In this document: positions 1-12,000 of the stretch, in pieces
How positions within the stretch are numbered: position 1 is the stretch's first letter
Layout of the letters: every line of letters starts with the position of its first letter
From: an uncultured archaeon
Lineage (GTDB): Archaea > Asgardarchaeota > Lokiarchaeia > Sigyniarchaeales > SOKP01
DNA: 19,220 nucleotides
NCBI GenBank assembly: GCA_964525635.1
Contig: CAZGJX010000021.1
Location: 25,558 to 44,777 of the forward strand
Direction of reading: 5' to 3'
The notes under the pieces: model-generated
Told to the model about the DNA's origin: nothing
What the model saw: only the letters and a program-made list of their open reading frames with translations
The model's database searches: none
Position numbers and translations under genes: made by a program

Positions 1-3000
1 TTGGAGCATGATATTAATGGAAATCGTCTTTTTATAGATGAGGATGGTGATGAATATCCTGATTGGCGATTTGATTTATATGATTTAATGAAAGTTTTTT
101 CATCATACGAATCATACCCTCTTACTAATGACAATTCCTTAACTTTCATGGCATTATTTAATGAAAGATCGGGTTTAGCAACAACGGATATTGTAAATAA
201 TTATATAGGAGATTTGAACGGTAATACAACATGGGATCAAGGGAGAAGAGGGAGTGCTTTATTCTTCGATGGTCAGGGAGATAAAATTATATTTGGTTCC
301 CCATGGCAAATGGGAGATGCAAATCATGATGGTAATGTTGATATTATTGATGCTCTTATTATTGCTCAATATTATGTAGGGCTAAATCCCCAGCCATTTT
401 TCACAGATCTTGCTAATGTGGATGGGAGCGGAACTATTGATATTGTAGATGCTCTCTTGGTTGCCCAATTTTACGTTGGTCTCTTACGTGAATTTCCAAA
501 TCAGGTAGAATCTTCGGTTCAATATATGAATTATGATTATGTTCAATATGGAAATATTTTAGATAATGCTTTAAGTAATTCAGATCAGTTTGTCATAACA
601 GCATGGATCAATCTAAATGAACTTCAATCTAATGAAAGTATTAATGGAATTCAAAATGTGTTTTTGGCAAAACAAAATGTTTTAGAATTAGGAGTTAATG
701 AATCTGGATATCTTCAAGTATATATAAATACATCTGAAGTATCTACAAAAGCCGAATATGGTATTAATGGAGCCATAATAAAAGATCAATGGACATTTAT
801 TGCTGTTCGGTATAATCAAAGCGATGTTGATGTCTTCATAAATGATCAATGGTATTTCTCAGCATTAGGGAGTATTGCAGAACCATGGGAAAGTTCTTCT
901 CTTACAGAACAAGGAGGAAATTTCACCATTGGTGCCGAGACATCTTCGTATAGTTGCTTTTCAGGTTTAATTGATGAGGTCTCTGTGTTTAATGAATCTA
1001 TATCCAATTTAAAAATCGAAGAACATAAGGGATATGATATGGTCCAATTTGAATGTCAGGTTCTTAAGAATGAGAATGAGGATTCTTGGACACCAATAAC
1101 AGAAAATGAAGAAATTGATAGACCTCTTTTGCTTAAAACAATTCTCCCAGTAGATCTTAATGCTCAAGTTGATACAATAACCTTTTATTTATCAGACTCA
1201 GAGCCTAATTTCCTCAATCCTGATGATGAGGCAAATTGGATTGAAATTATTGAATTTAATGGGACTCATCAAGAATATACATGGTGTATTGATTCATATG
1301 ATATTCCTGATTCCAATTCATGGTTTTTTATAGCTAAAGCAACGGATATTTACAATGATACCGTGTATGGGTATTATAACTACAATTTTTCTATTAATCA
1401 TTTAAAAGATTTAGCAGAATTTAACTATATAGATCTTGAGGGAAAAATTAACCAAAATTCCAATATTGGTGTTGTGGCTGAAGATCCTTTTGAGAACCAT
1501 ATTACATCCTTTAATGTTTATGTAAACAATTCAAATAAAATTGATTATCTAACATCTACCACATTTTTTGATATAAGTCAAAATAATAATCTAATTACAC
1601 TCCAATCTTTAGAAGAATGGAGTATTCTAAATAATGTAGAAGAACAAGAAATCTCTCTTAATTTCATCATTGAGGCTAATCTATCTTATTTCAATAGAGA
1701 GTATTATTTATTTAACTATACCTTATCAGAAATAATTGTTGATCTCCAAGCACCTCAAATAGCATTGCTTACAGGAGGTATCTATAATTTAAATTTGGGA
1801 GATGTGTATTCAGATCCTAATGAATATATATTACATGCTGCGATTGAATCTGCTCCAAGTGATTTTAAATATTTTGAGGTCTATTATAGATATGCAACGC
1901 CTTTAAATGATGCTTGGACTTTCTATGATTCATACCAACCAGGGAATATCCAACCTTATTATGATTTCTCAATAAATATTCGAGATTTAAAGGATGATCA
2001 AAAAATTGAGTTTATGATAAAATCTTATGACAACCTAGGAAACTCAAAAATATTTTTAAATGATTCCTATTGGTTTACAAAAGATATGAATAACCATGAT
2101 CATATATACATAGAAGGGATTGATGATGTAATAATTTATCAATTGGATGGTAACGGAATGATTGATATCAATCCAATTATATACCCTTTCGATAACGATA
2201 TCGATCGTGTAAGGCTTTATACTACATATGAGACATTTAATTTTAATATCAAATCTCTTGGAGAGGATTATATCTATTTTGATGAATCAGAATTTAATAT
2301 CCAGCTAAATTCCAATTATTATGATGTGTTTGCAGGGGAATTTAGAGATATCCTCATTACAATAGAACTATTTCAGGGTAATGATTTAATTAGTCAGACA
2401 CAAAGAGTAATTACAGTTACTCAATATCAATATCAAAATATTGTCAACATATCATCTATGGATGTAGATAGGGATACAGGTGATATTTTTCTTAATTTTG
2501 AGACAGGAGGGAATACATATAGATCTGAACATGAAATTCCTTATATTGTTCAAAATCAAAATCCTATGATTGAAATCTATAATTCTAAACGTCAGCTTAT
2601 TGATACTGTTATTCTATATCCCGTTAAAGATGATTCAGGAACTTATATATATAATCAAGACCAAATCGAGATTATCAACAATAAATTCAGTCTTTCATAC
2701 CCCTCTCTTAATCAAGGAGAATGCATGGTCTCCATAGATAAAGTTATCATTAACGGATCTGAATATAATTTTTATTATTATTTTGGTTCTGATGAAATTA
2801 TTATAAAATTAAGTAGTTCAAAGTTATTAGATGGGATATTTGGTCAGAGTATTCCTATCCAAATTCAGTATTCTATAAGCACCTCAATAAAGCAAGAGCA
2901 TCAATATTTTGGTAATTATAATTTCAAAAGTTTAACACAAGGATTCTTCACACTTGAGTGCATGTTTTATGATATATCTTCCTCAATTGTTAGAAATAAT

Positions 3001-6000
3001 ATTGATAATCTGCCAATTGATTATGAGGGTGTTAACATTTATCCCCAATTTGAAAGTATATTTTCAGTTCATCCTGAACATGGTTCATTAACATTTATTC
3101 TTGATGATATATCAGGAATTAAAGCTTATGATTTTAATATGAATTTATCAGGTTCTTGGTATATAGATGGACAATATTACACATTTTATCTTCATGATAC
3201 TAAGATCGAAGAAGGTTCATATCCTATAGCTCTTATAACCGAAGATTATCTAAACCAAGTAAGTACCTGTGAATTTATCTTAAAAATAGATAAAACACCA
3301 CCTAGTTTCTCACAGGTCTACTCTAATCCCCAGTATTGGGGGGGATTATTTTTAATTGAAGCAAATATTAGTGATTTTTCTTCCTTTAATATAGATGTTG
3401 AAATAAAACATATTTCAGGAGAGATTTATTCAGATATAGCATTTACAGAAATTGATAATAATGGTTTGACGCAGATTTTGGTTGATACAAATCAGCTACA
3501 AAATGGATTGTATGATGTTATCATTATAGCAACAGATAATGCAGGAAATGTAAATGAGTTAATTATTGAAGATCGTTATTTCGATAATGCTTATCCCCTG
3601 ATTGAAAGCATAGAAGAATTAGTAATTATGGATAACGACTTTATATATTCAGAAGAACTTATCGATATTATTTATTTTAACGAGAGAAAATATCTAAATC
3701 TCTCTGTCTATGATGAAATGTTCGATGAATTTAGCTGGGAATCCATAAATCATACATATTTCGAACAATTAGGCGTAAAAAGTGTTGAGATGTATTATAC
3801 AAAACCATTAACCTGGTATTCGATTCCTATTGCGGGAGACTTAAATTATAACCAATTAACCTATGAGGTCTTGGGGGATTGCAACTCTATAAAACAAATT
3901 AAAAAATTACGAATAAATTCTTATGAAATTGAGGAATTTACCGTATATAGAAGTGATGATTCTCTATATCTCAAGTTAGGTGAACAATATAGATATCTCT
4001 TAATCTCAAGTAGTACCATTGAAGCTCTCTACTATGAGGTAATTAAGACACCTCTTTCTTTAATTTATAATTCACAATTTCAGACATGGAGACTTAATTC
4101 CTCAGAAACAGATTATTTTAATATTTCACGATACCTAAATATATCAGAAGGAGATGAGTTCTTATTCTGGTTTAGCATAGAGGATGCCATGGGTATTAAT
4201 GGCGCTGAAGCTAACCAATTTATTTCAAAAACCTATAGGGGTATTTTTGATAATATACTTATGCAGGACAATATTGGAAAAGAGATTTACCAGTTTAGTC
4301 TTGGGACAACTATAGAGGGAGAAGGTATCTTAGTATCGGGTTCAGAGATTATGCAAGATTGCATGATTCAAATAAATATAAGCTCACTTATAAAGAATTA
4401 TAATGGAAATTCAGATATTAATAAAATATTTGTGTATGGTTCAGAAGACTCTATTAGCTTTACACCTCTTGGAAAAGCGTATGCATCTGAGAATGAGGAG
4501 ATATGGCAGTATTATTTATCTCCTGAACTTGTCTCTGAAATTACTTCAAGTCATTATTATATTAAGGTAATCATATTTGATAGAGCAGGAAATTATTTTG
4601 CCCAAAATAGTACTGTTAAAATCTTTGATTTCGGTGAAATTCAACTTATATCCGATATCGTATTTGGTGATCTCATACAATATGATGGAGATCATTTAGA
4701 TTTTACATTTACAGGAATGATTGATAATTTTAAAAATTCAACTGATCTTTATGAATTAATAATTGAATATTATGATTTTAATCAAAATGAATGGATTCCT
4801 CTGGCAACCAATCCGACTGAGGTAATATCTCAAGGATCATATGCAAACTATAACGTAATGTGGGATATAGAACAAGATAAGGAATTTCTTAATTCCATTA
4901 ATAATTTCACCTATGAATATCTGCCAATGAGAGTGACACCTTTAACAGATAATAATATATGGGGCACATGGGGCATGTTTAATAATCCATTAAATAATAG
5001 TTACAGACCACTTCTCATTTCAATAGAAGGTGTTATGCTAAATATTACGATTTATGATTTTGATCCAAATGATGGATGGGTTATTAATTCAAGTATAAGT
5101 GTTGAGGAGCCTATCTCTTCCGTCGATGGAGAAATTTTTAAATTGATTGATATAAATGAGGATAATTCCGAGGAAATTCTTCGTATGTGTCCTACTCATA
5201 TTGATGTAATTTATTGGGATGATAATGAAAATACATGGAAGCTAAAAGAGAATATTACAAATCTCTCTGGTTATAATTATTTAGCTTTTGATGTATTTTT
5301 TGATGAGGTTTCAAGATTAACCTATTTAATAACAGCACAGATCGATCTATTTGGGTGTATTACTCTATGGAAATATGAATTTACCTCATCTTATAGTTTA
5401 TTGGTTGTAAATTATATGAATGCTCCTGAAAATTTCACCCCCACAGCTATAAATGCTATAGAGTCTTTTGGCGTGAGTGCCTCAAAATCGATAATTGTTG
5501 CGGGACTAATGAGAAACTCCTATAGTTCGCAACTATTCGAATTTGATTTCGAATTTAATTTCAAAAATATAATATGTGATTATATTATAGGTAAAATTTC
5601 AATAATCGAAATAGGGGCTCAAAATCCCGATACGATCATGTTAGGAATAGAACGGCTCATGGTTTCTCAAATGGATATTGTTGTTATTTTAAAATACAGT
5701 AGTGCTTCTCAAACATGGATACAATATCAAGTATCAGATTTTGATGAGTCCGCTTTCAGAATAATTGATCTTCTCTGCATAACAGAAACTAATTATCAGA
5801 AACTAATTATCGCATCTGAAAATGGTATATTCCAAAATATATTAACGTTTACAGAAGATATCAAGACAATTATCAGCCCTGTCTGCTTTATTGAAGAAAT
5901 CTACTATAAAGAGGATCTAAATTCAAGCACTCCAACTATTGGCTTAAATCATATTCCTATTCAAAAAATTAATTCAATATATTATAAAGTAGATAATCAG

Positions 6001-9000
6001 AATTGGCTTGAATTACCTCGAAATTATTATATTAATTCCCGTTATGAAGTTAAAATAGATCTCACTGCTATATTTGAAAATCTTCTGAAAATAAAAATCT
6101 GCTATAGCTTTCTTTCTTTTTCTGACGAAAAAAAGTGTATAATTGATCCTAGTTTTCGATTCTATAATGCAAAAAGAACCAATAGAGAAAAAATAACAGC
6201 TTCAGGGACTTTTTATAATCTTTCTGAACTACCTATGCTATATTTAAATCAGGGCACATACTACAATGATCCATATGCAGATTGGAGGGAATTCAATGAA
6301 TTATCCTCTTGGGAGGAGAAAGGAATAAATTATCAATACGTACCAATAGTAAGCGGTCCGGGAACAACGGTAATCTACCCAGATGTAAGGACAGGTTGGT
6401 ATGATGATTTAGCTGAGGATTTCTACATGCCTGAATTAGACAATTCCTTTGCATATTATGGAGAGGATTATGAATCTGCCTTATTATCTGATGATCTTAC
6501 TGGTTATGGCGATTTTACCCAAAATAATTGGCTGGATGGAATATGGTTATCAGATCCCGCACTTTCTCAATCATATAATTTTACTGAAATGTATAACTCC
6601 CAGATTCATGACGAATCCAATCCATATGGATTATATAATTATTATGATTATGATGGGGATGGAATTGATGAGCAAAATATTCTTCTGAGAAATCGTCTTG
6701 TTGATTATAATCCAATTATGAGCGGTGATTCTGGAATCGGTGATTCAGGTTGGCTTCCTACAGATAATAATGTCTATGAATCCACCTATAGCTTTCAATA
6801 TGTAGAAAATGGTCAATTTCCAGATGATTCTGAATGGACACGGGAAGTAGATGAATTCGGAGATGCAAGAATAATCCAAGAAATGAACAATCACAGTAAA
6901 GTACTCCAACTTTCTGATTTTGAAAGTGGTAACAATAATGTAAAAATATCCTTAAATTTCTCAGAGTCTCAAGAGAAAAATTTTATTGAATTTTACTGGA
7001 TGACTGGAGATGCAGAAGATCCTATGGATTTTGCATTCTTACAATTAAGAAATGGAGAAGAAGAAATCTTGGAAATAAGATCTAATATTCAATTTATCTA
7101 TGTTGATGGTAAAGGACTCCAAATTACACCAATTGTTTTAAATAATCATTTATGGTATCATTATCGAATAGAATGGGATTGTACTAAAGGAACGTGGAAT
7201 CTTTATCTTAATAATGAATTAATCTGTAAAGATAGGTTATTTATCAATAATGTACCAAATATAGATAATCTATTTATTTATACAGAAGCAGGTAATTGTT
7301 ATAGCTATTTTGATGACTTTGGATTGCCCTGGGAAGGTTATACTTCAGGAGATAATCTTACTCCAAAAGAAATTCAAGAGTTCTCAGATAGTTCCCTAGA
7401 GGATGTTGAATATGCATTGTGTAGTTGGAATGAATATATCGCATTAGAGATGCTTAGTATTAATAGTTATTATGGTCTTGAAATTACAAATAAAATATCT
7501 ACAATTGATAAAGAAGGATTAAATGATATTCAAGTTGCATTTGATGTAGGTATGATAGGTTCGGAAAGGAATCCAATTACACTTCAAATATATAATTATA
7601 ATCAAGATAGGTGGGAATCTATTTTATTATCAGATGATAATAGCGCAAAAGAGTTTTGGACCTATCCTACACCTTCAATTGATGGAAGATTCCGACCTCA
7701 AATGGGAACCGATATCGCACTTCCAGATGCCTATATGAATACAATTTCTTTTGGGAGTACTTTTCCAATTCAAATAATTGGAAATGAGGTAAAGTTTGAT
7801 CCTTCACTTCTAAATGGCTCTAACTTTTTGTTGAACGATTATCATTTAATACCTGAATATTCACATAATTATAGGATAAATAACAAATGGTCTTCTGATG
7901 GTCATTTTATCATTTATGAGGAAAATCATCCAGTGAAAAAAATGCATAAATATCAGTTAGAAAATATTAAAATTGATCCAAATGAATTTCAGACAACTTT
8001 AGATCTTTTCCCAATTGAGAGCTCAGACTATATTACTCAAGATTTTTATAACGATTATTTAAATGATTTTAGTGAGTTTAAATTACGACTTATAACGAAA
8101 AAAGAAGAATCTGCTCCTTCTTATTTCTGTATTGGAGATTTCAAGAGTTATTGTCATACTGATACTAATTACTTAAATTATGCCAATTTTGAGAATGCGG
8201 GAAATTATAATACCACGATAAGTGATTCACTGGATCTTACTCCTTCTGGTTTAGAATTAAGAAAAAATTCAGGATTTAAATTAAAAGAAGATGATTCTTC
8301 TATAATCTTTAGAGATACATTTTCAAATACAAAAGATATTAAATGGGAGTTATATGGAACCGAAGAAAATGAGTTTGAGTTAGTTAGCCTTCCAATTGAT
8401 GATACTTGGGTTGATTCAGATCATAGAAATGTTAATTATGGGAATGATGAAAATTTATATTGCCAGACGGAAGGAAAATGGTATGATAATCCTTTATTAA
8501 CTCATTTAGTCTATTTAGGATTTACTGATTATCCTCAATATTTGAAAGATAACACAAGAGGAACTTCAGATTTCTTAAGATTATTTGGATCTCTTGGAGG
8601 AACTAATGGAAATTCTCAGACGTATTTTGTATATAAAACTTCTGAATTTGATGAAAATGCAATTACCTATAATTCAAGGCCCCAATTATCCAAGGATTTT
8701 ATTGGTGTACGTTATTGTTATGAGGAATTCTCAGACCAATGGATTACCATACCCATAAACGATCCTGAATATCTCTCTTATTATGTTTTAATGAATGTGC
8801 TCTCTTGTTATGAACCAGGGGCAGTATTTCATTCAAAAGAAAATAATATGAACATGCCTGAACTTCATCGTTTTATTAGAAAAAATTATCATGGAAGTGG
8901 TATGGCATATATGCAGACAAATAAACAAGAGACTTTAATTTTGAAAAGCTCTAAGTACAATTTAGTTCAATTAAATGAAGGGGATTATTTGATAGTTGAA

Positions 9001-12000
9001 TTTAAGACGACCGTTTCCAATAAAATTACATTATCTATGTTATCTGATGATATGTATGTAGAAAACTTTACCATTGTACCAGAGAATAATTATATCCATG
9101 AAAAACAATTCATAAAAATTCCAATCAATAGCTCAATAGCTTTTGATCAATTAATGTTTACTGGAGATTTTAACCCAGAGGAATATTTTATTGCTTATGA
9201 TATAGCAGCATATCCAGATGAAGAGAGATATAGTGAGGATTTTATAGAATATGATTATTATATTAATGGAGAGGATAATTCAATCATACTGAATTATGGC
9301 AGTAATGTCTATGATGCAGATTTTCAATCAATTTATTCCGAAGATGGTAAATATTGTACCATTAATTCTGAAATGAAAAATAGTAACCAAAATAGAGTTG
9401 AGATGGACGTTCTATTTGAAGATATTCATACAGAGGATATTGAATCTATCAATAAATTAGAATTGAAGATTAAAATAGATGATCTTTCCATCTCCCTAAA
9501 TTCATTTGAATTATTTTTGTGGAATTATCAATATCAAGCAAATATGGGTACTTATGAGAAATATGACTTTTTCAAAAGGGAGGATTATTTAGTTATTAGT
9601 ATTCCAAGAGGATCATTCTATAAATTTTATAATTCGGAAAATGGAATGTATTCATTTAAACTCAAATTAATTATTGATAATGAGCAATCTTTTACAATAA
9701 ATATAGACTCAATTAAACTGTCTGCGTTTATTCCATACCACACGTCATACGATATTTACAGATCAGATATGATCTTTACAAAATTAGCTGAATTTCAAAG
9801 TGGTAAGCTTTTATTTTCTCTCAATGATGAAATATACATTGAAATTAATGATACCGAACTGAATTATTATGGTCATCTAAATACACTTTCTTTTGTCTAT
9901 GAATATAATCTTTTTAAATTATCTGTTTATTTAAATAATAAAATCATTCTTAATCAGACAGGGATCTCCCTTAATAACATAAATCCTTGCATTGTAACCA
10001 CGTATGGAAAGAGTTCTACAAGTGGCCTTAAGATTGAATCATTAGAATCTTTATTTTTACAATATATTGAAGATGAGCAAGATTTCAGAGAATATAAAGA
10101 ACAGGTTAGCATAAGTTCAATGAACAATATGAACGTTGATTATTTATTTAATGAAAAAATGGCTGAAATAAGCCCTGAAAATACTTTCTTTAAATTCTCT
10201 TCTGATATAGAGGTAATCTATTCCTTCTCTGATGAGATGGATTCTATAAATATTTTTAATTATCAATTAAATCCAAGTTTTAGATCAAATAATAGCCTGA
10301 ATTTATGGAACTCAGATAAATATTATATGGAAGAGGGAATTATACCGAGTGGATATTCCCAATTTGAACGATCATATTTTAATGGTTCTTATGGGAGAGA
10401 ATATATTGAAGAAAATGCCCTTTTTATTAATCTTGATGATTCCTTATGGACACAGTTTCGACGCGATTTAAAATATAACGATATGGAAGATGGAACTCCC
10501 CGAATTCCAGATCCTCAATGGCAAGCAAGTGGACAGATAGATTCTTATAGAATAGCCCCAGATGGATGGTCTCAGTATGATGATGATATATATTCGTGGG
10601 TATATTCCGAAGATAAGAGCGGTTCGGATGTTGAGGGAGACCGGAATTATGCGAATTGTCTGGAGACCTATATGTTTGATACATTTTACAGTCAATATGC
10701 TGCTAGTGGCTATTATATAGCATCCCTTGAAATTGAGGTAAAGGTAAGAATTGATTGTGTTGGGCAATGGGATGATAATGCGTCCTTTTCTCAAATCTCA
10801 TTATTCGCGGTAAGAGACTATGATGGGAATATTGTAAACGAATATAGAAGTTGGGCAGAGCTAGAAAATGATAATCTCTGGCACACTTATAAATGGGATT
10901 TAACAAATTATTCCCGAGGTGCAGATGCTTGGATTGATGATGGACAGGTAAAAATCCAGATTGCAACACAGGTTGTATGCCCGCAATATTCACATGGAAT
11001 AGTAAATCAGCAAGTAAATAAAGCAATTGCAAGAATTGCTTGGGCAAAAAAAGGATCGGAAACCCATGGAGAATCATGGGTTGGATTTAATTTTGAAAGT
11101 GTTAATGGAGTTAATCCGCTTGGAACAAATAATGATTTCTTCTTTTATATAGATGCAAACTCCAATTATGATTGCCAAATGTGGTTTGACTCTAATGCAA
11201 TATCTAATTATATAGACATTAACGAGGAGATGGGAGATAATCCTATATTTCTAGATTTCTATGGTAATTGTAATGAAATCTATATTCAATTTAAGGATTT
11301 TTTAAATTATCCTGTCTCTTTAGACCCTCCTTTGGAAAGAATCATTGATATTGATTTTATGTACCTTGAGATGATAAATCAACCTATTTCCAAATATATC
11401 TATAATGATAAATCTATTTTATTAACTGAAGGATTATCAAGGAGATTGTATAATATCAATGGTTCAGATAAATCTACCGTCTTTGATGATGGACATTTTG
11501 GGAAAAACTGTGTATCGTTTAATTTACAAAATTCCATATTAACTCCTATATTTGGAAGAGAGAAAGGCGAACAAATAAGACTTGACCTAAAGCTTGAGGA
11601 TTTGGATTTATTTTTTAAATTATATCCAGATAATTTCCCAAATGATAGTAATTTAGTTGAAGGAGGGAATCCTCTAAAATATAATATCTCCTTGCTAGAT
11701 TATAAAAATAATCGATTCGGTAAGAGTTCTATTGATGATATTCAAATTCCTTTAATAACCCCCATTGATCTAACATTTAATGAACATGATTTAAAATCAT
11801 ATGATAATTTAGATTTGGAACTTAGTTTTAATTTGAATATATTATTGGAAAATAGAAAGAATGATATTGATTGGAGTTTACGTAATAGACTTGTATTTTA
11901 TAATTTTAGAACACAGCAATGGGAGGATTTTAAAGGGGAAATTAGAATTAAGAATAATAATATAAATAATGCCGTCTGGAATTATGAAGATGCTTCCAAT

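Noticed and set aside
1-90. TTG at position 1 or ATG at 88 as the true start
   Set aside because: No upstream sequence is available and no signal peptide follows. The first residues look like the middle of an extracellular domain, so the gene probably starts upstream.
313-498. Classical cellulosome enzyme or scaffoldin
   Set aside because: I recognised no glycoside hydrolase catalytic domain or cohesin in the window, and a dockerin alone does not demonstrate a cellulosome.
6449-6688. 79-aa + strand ORF from the track
   Set aside because: Off-frame shadow of the giant ORF. Its Met/Ile-rich sequence is what GAT/AAT/TAT-rich codons give when read shifted.
10427-11077. Three overlapping minus-strand ORFs (85, 108 and 124 aa)
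   Set aside because: Antisense to the giant CDS, overlapping each other, with no motifs. The locally higher GC explains the scarcity of stops.
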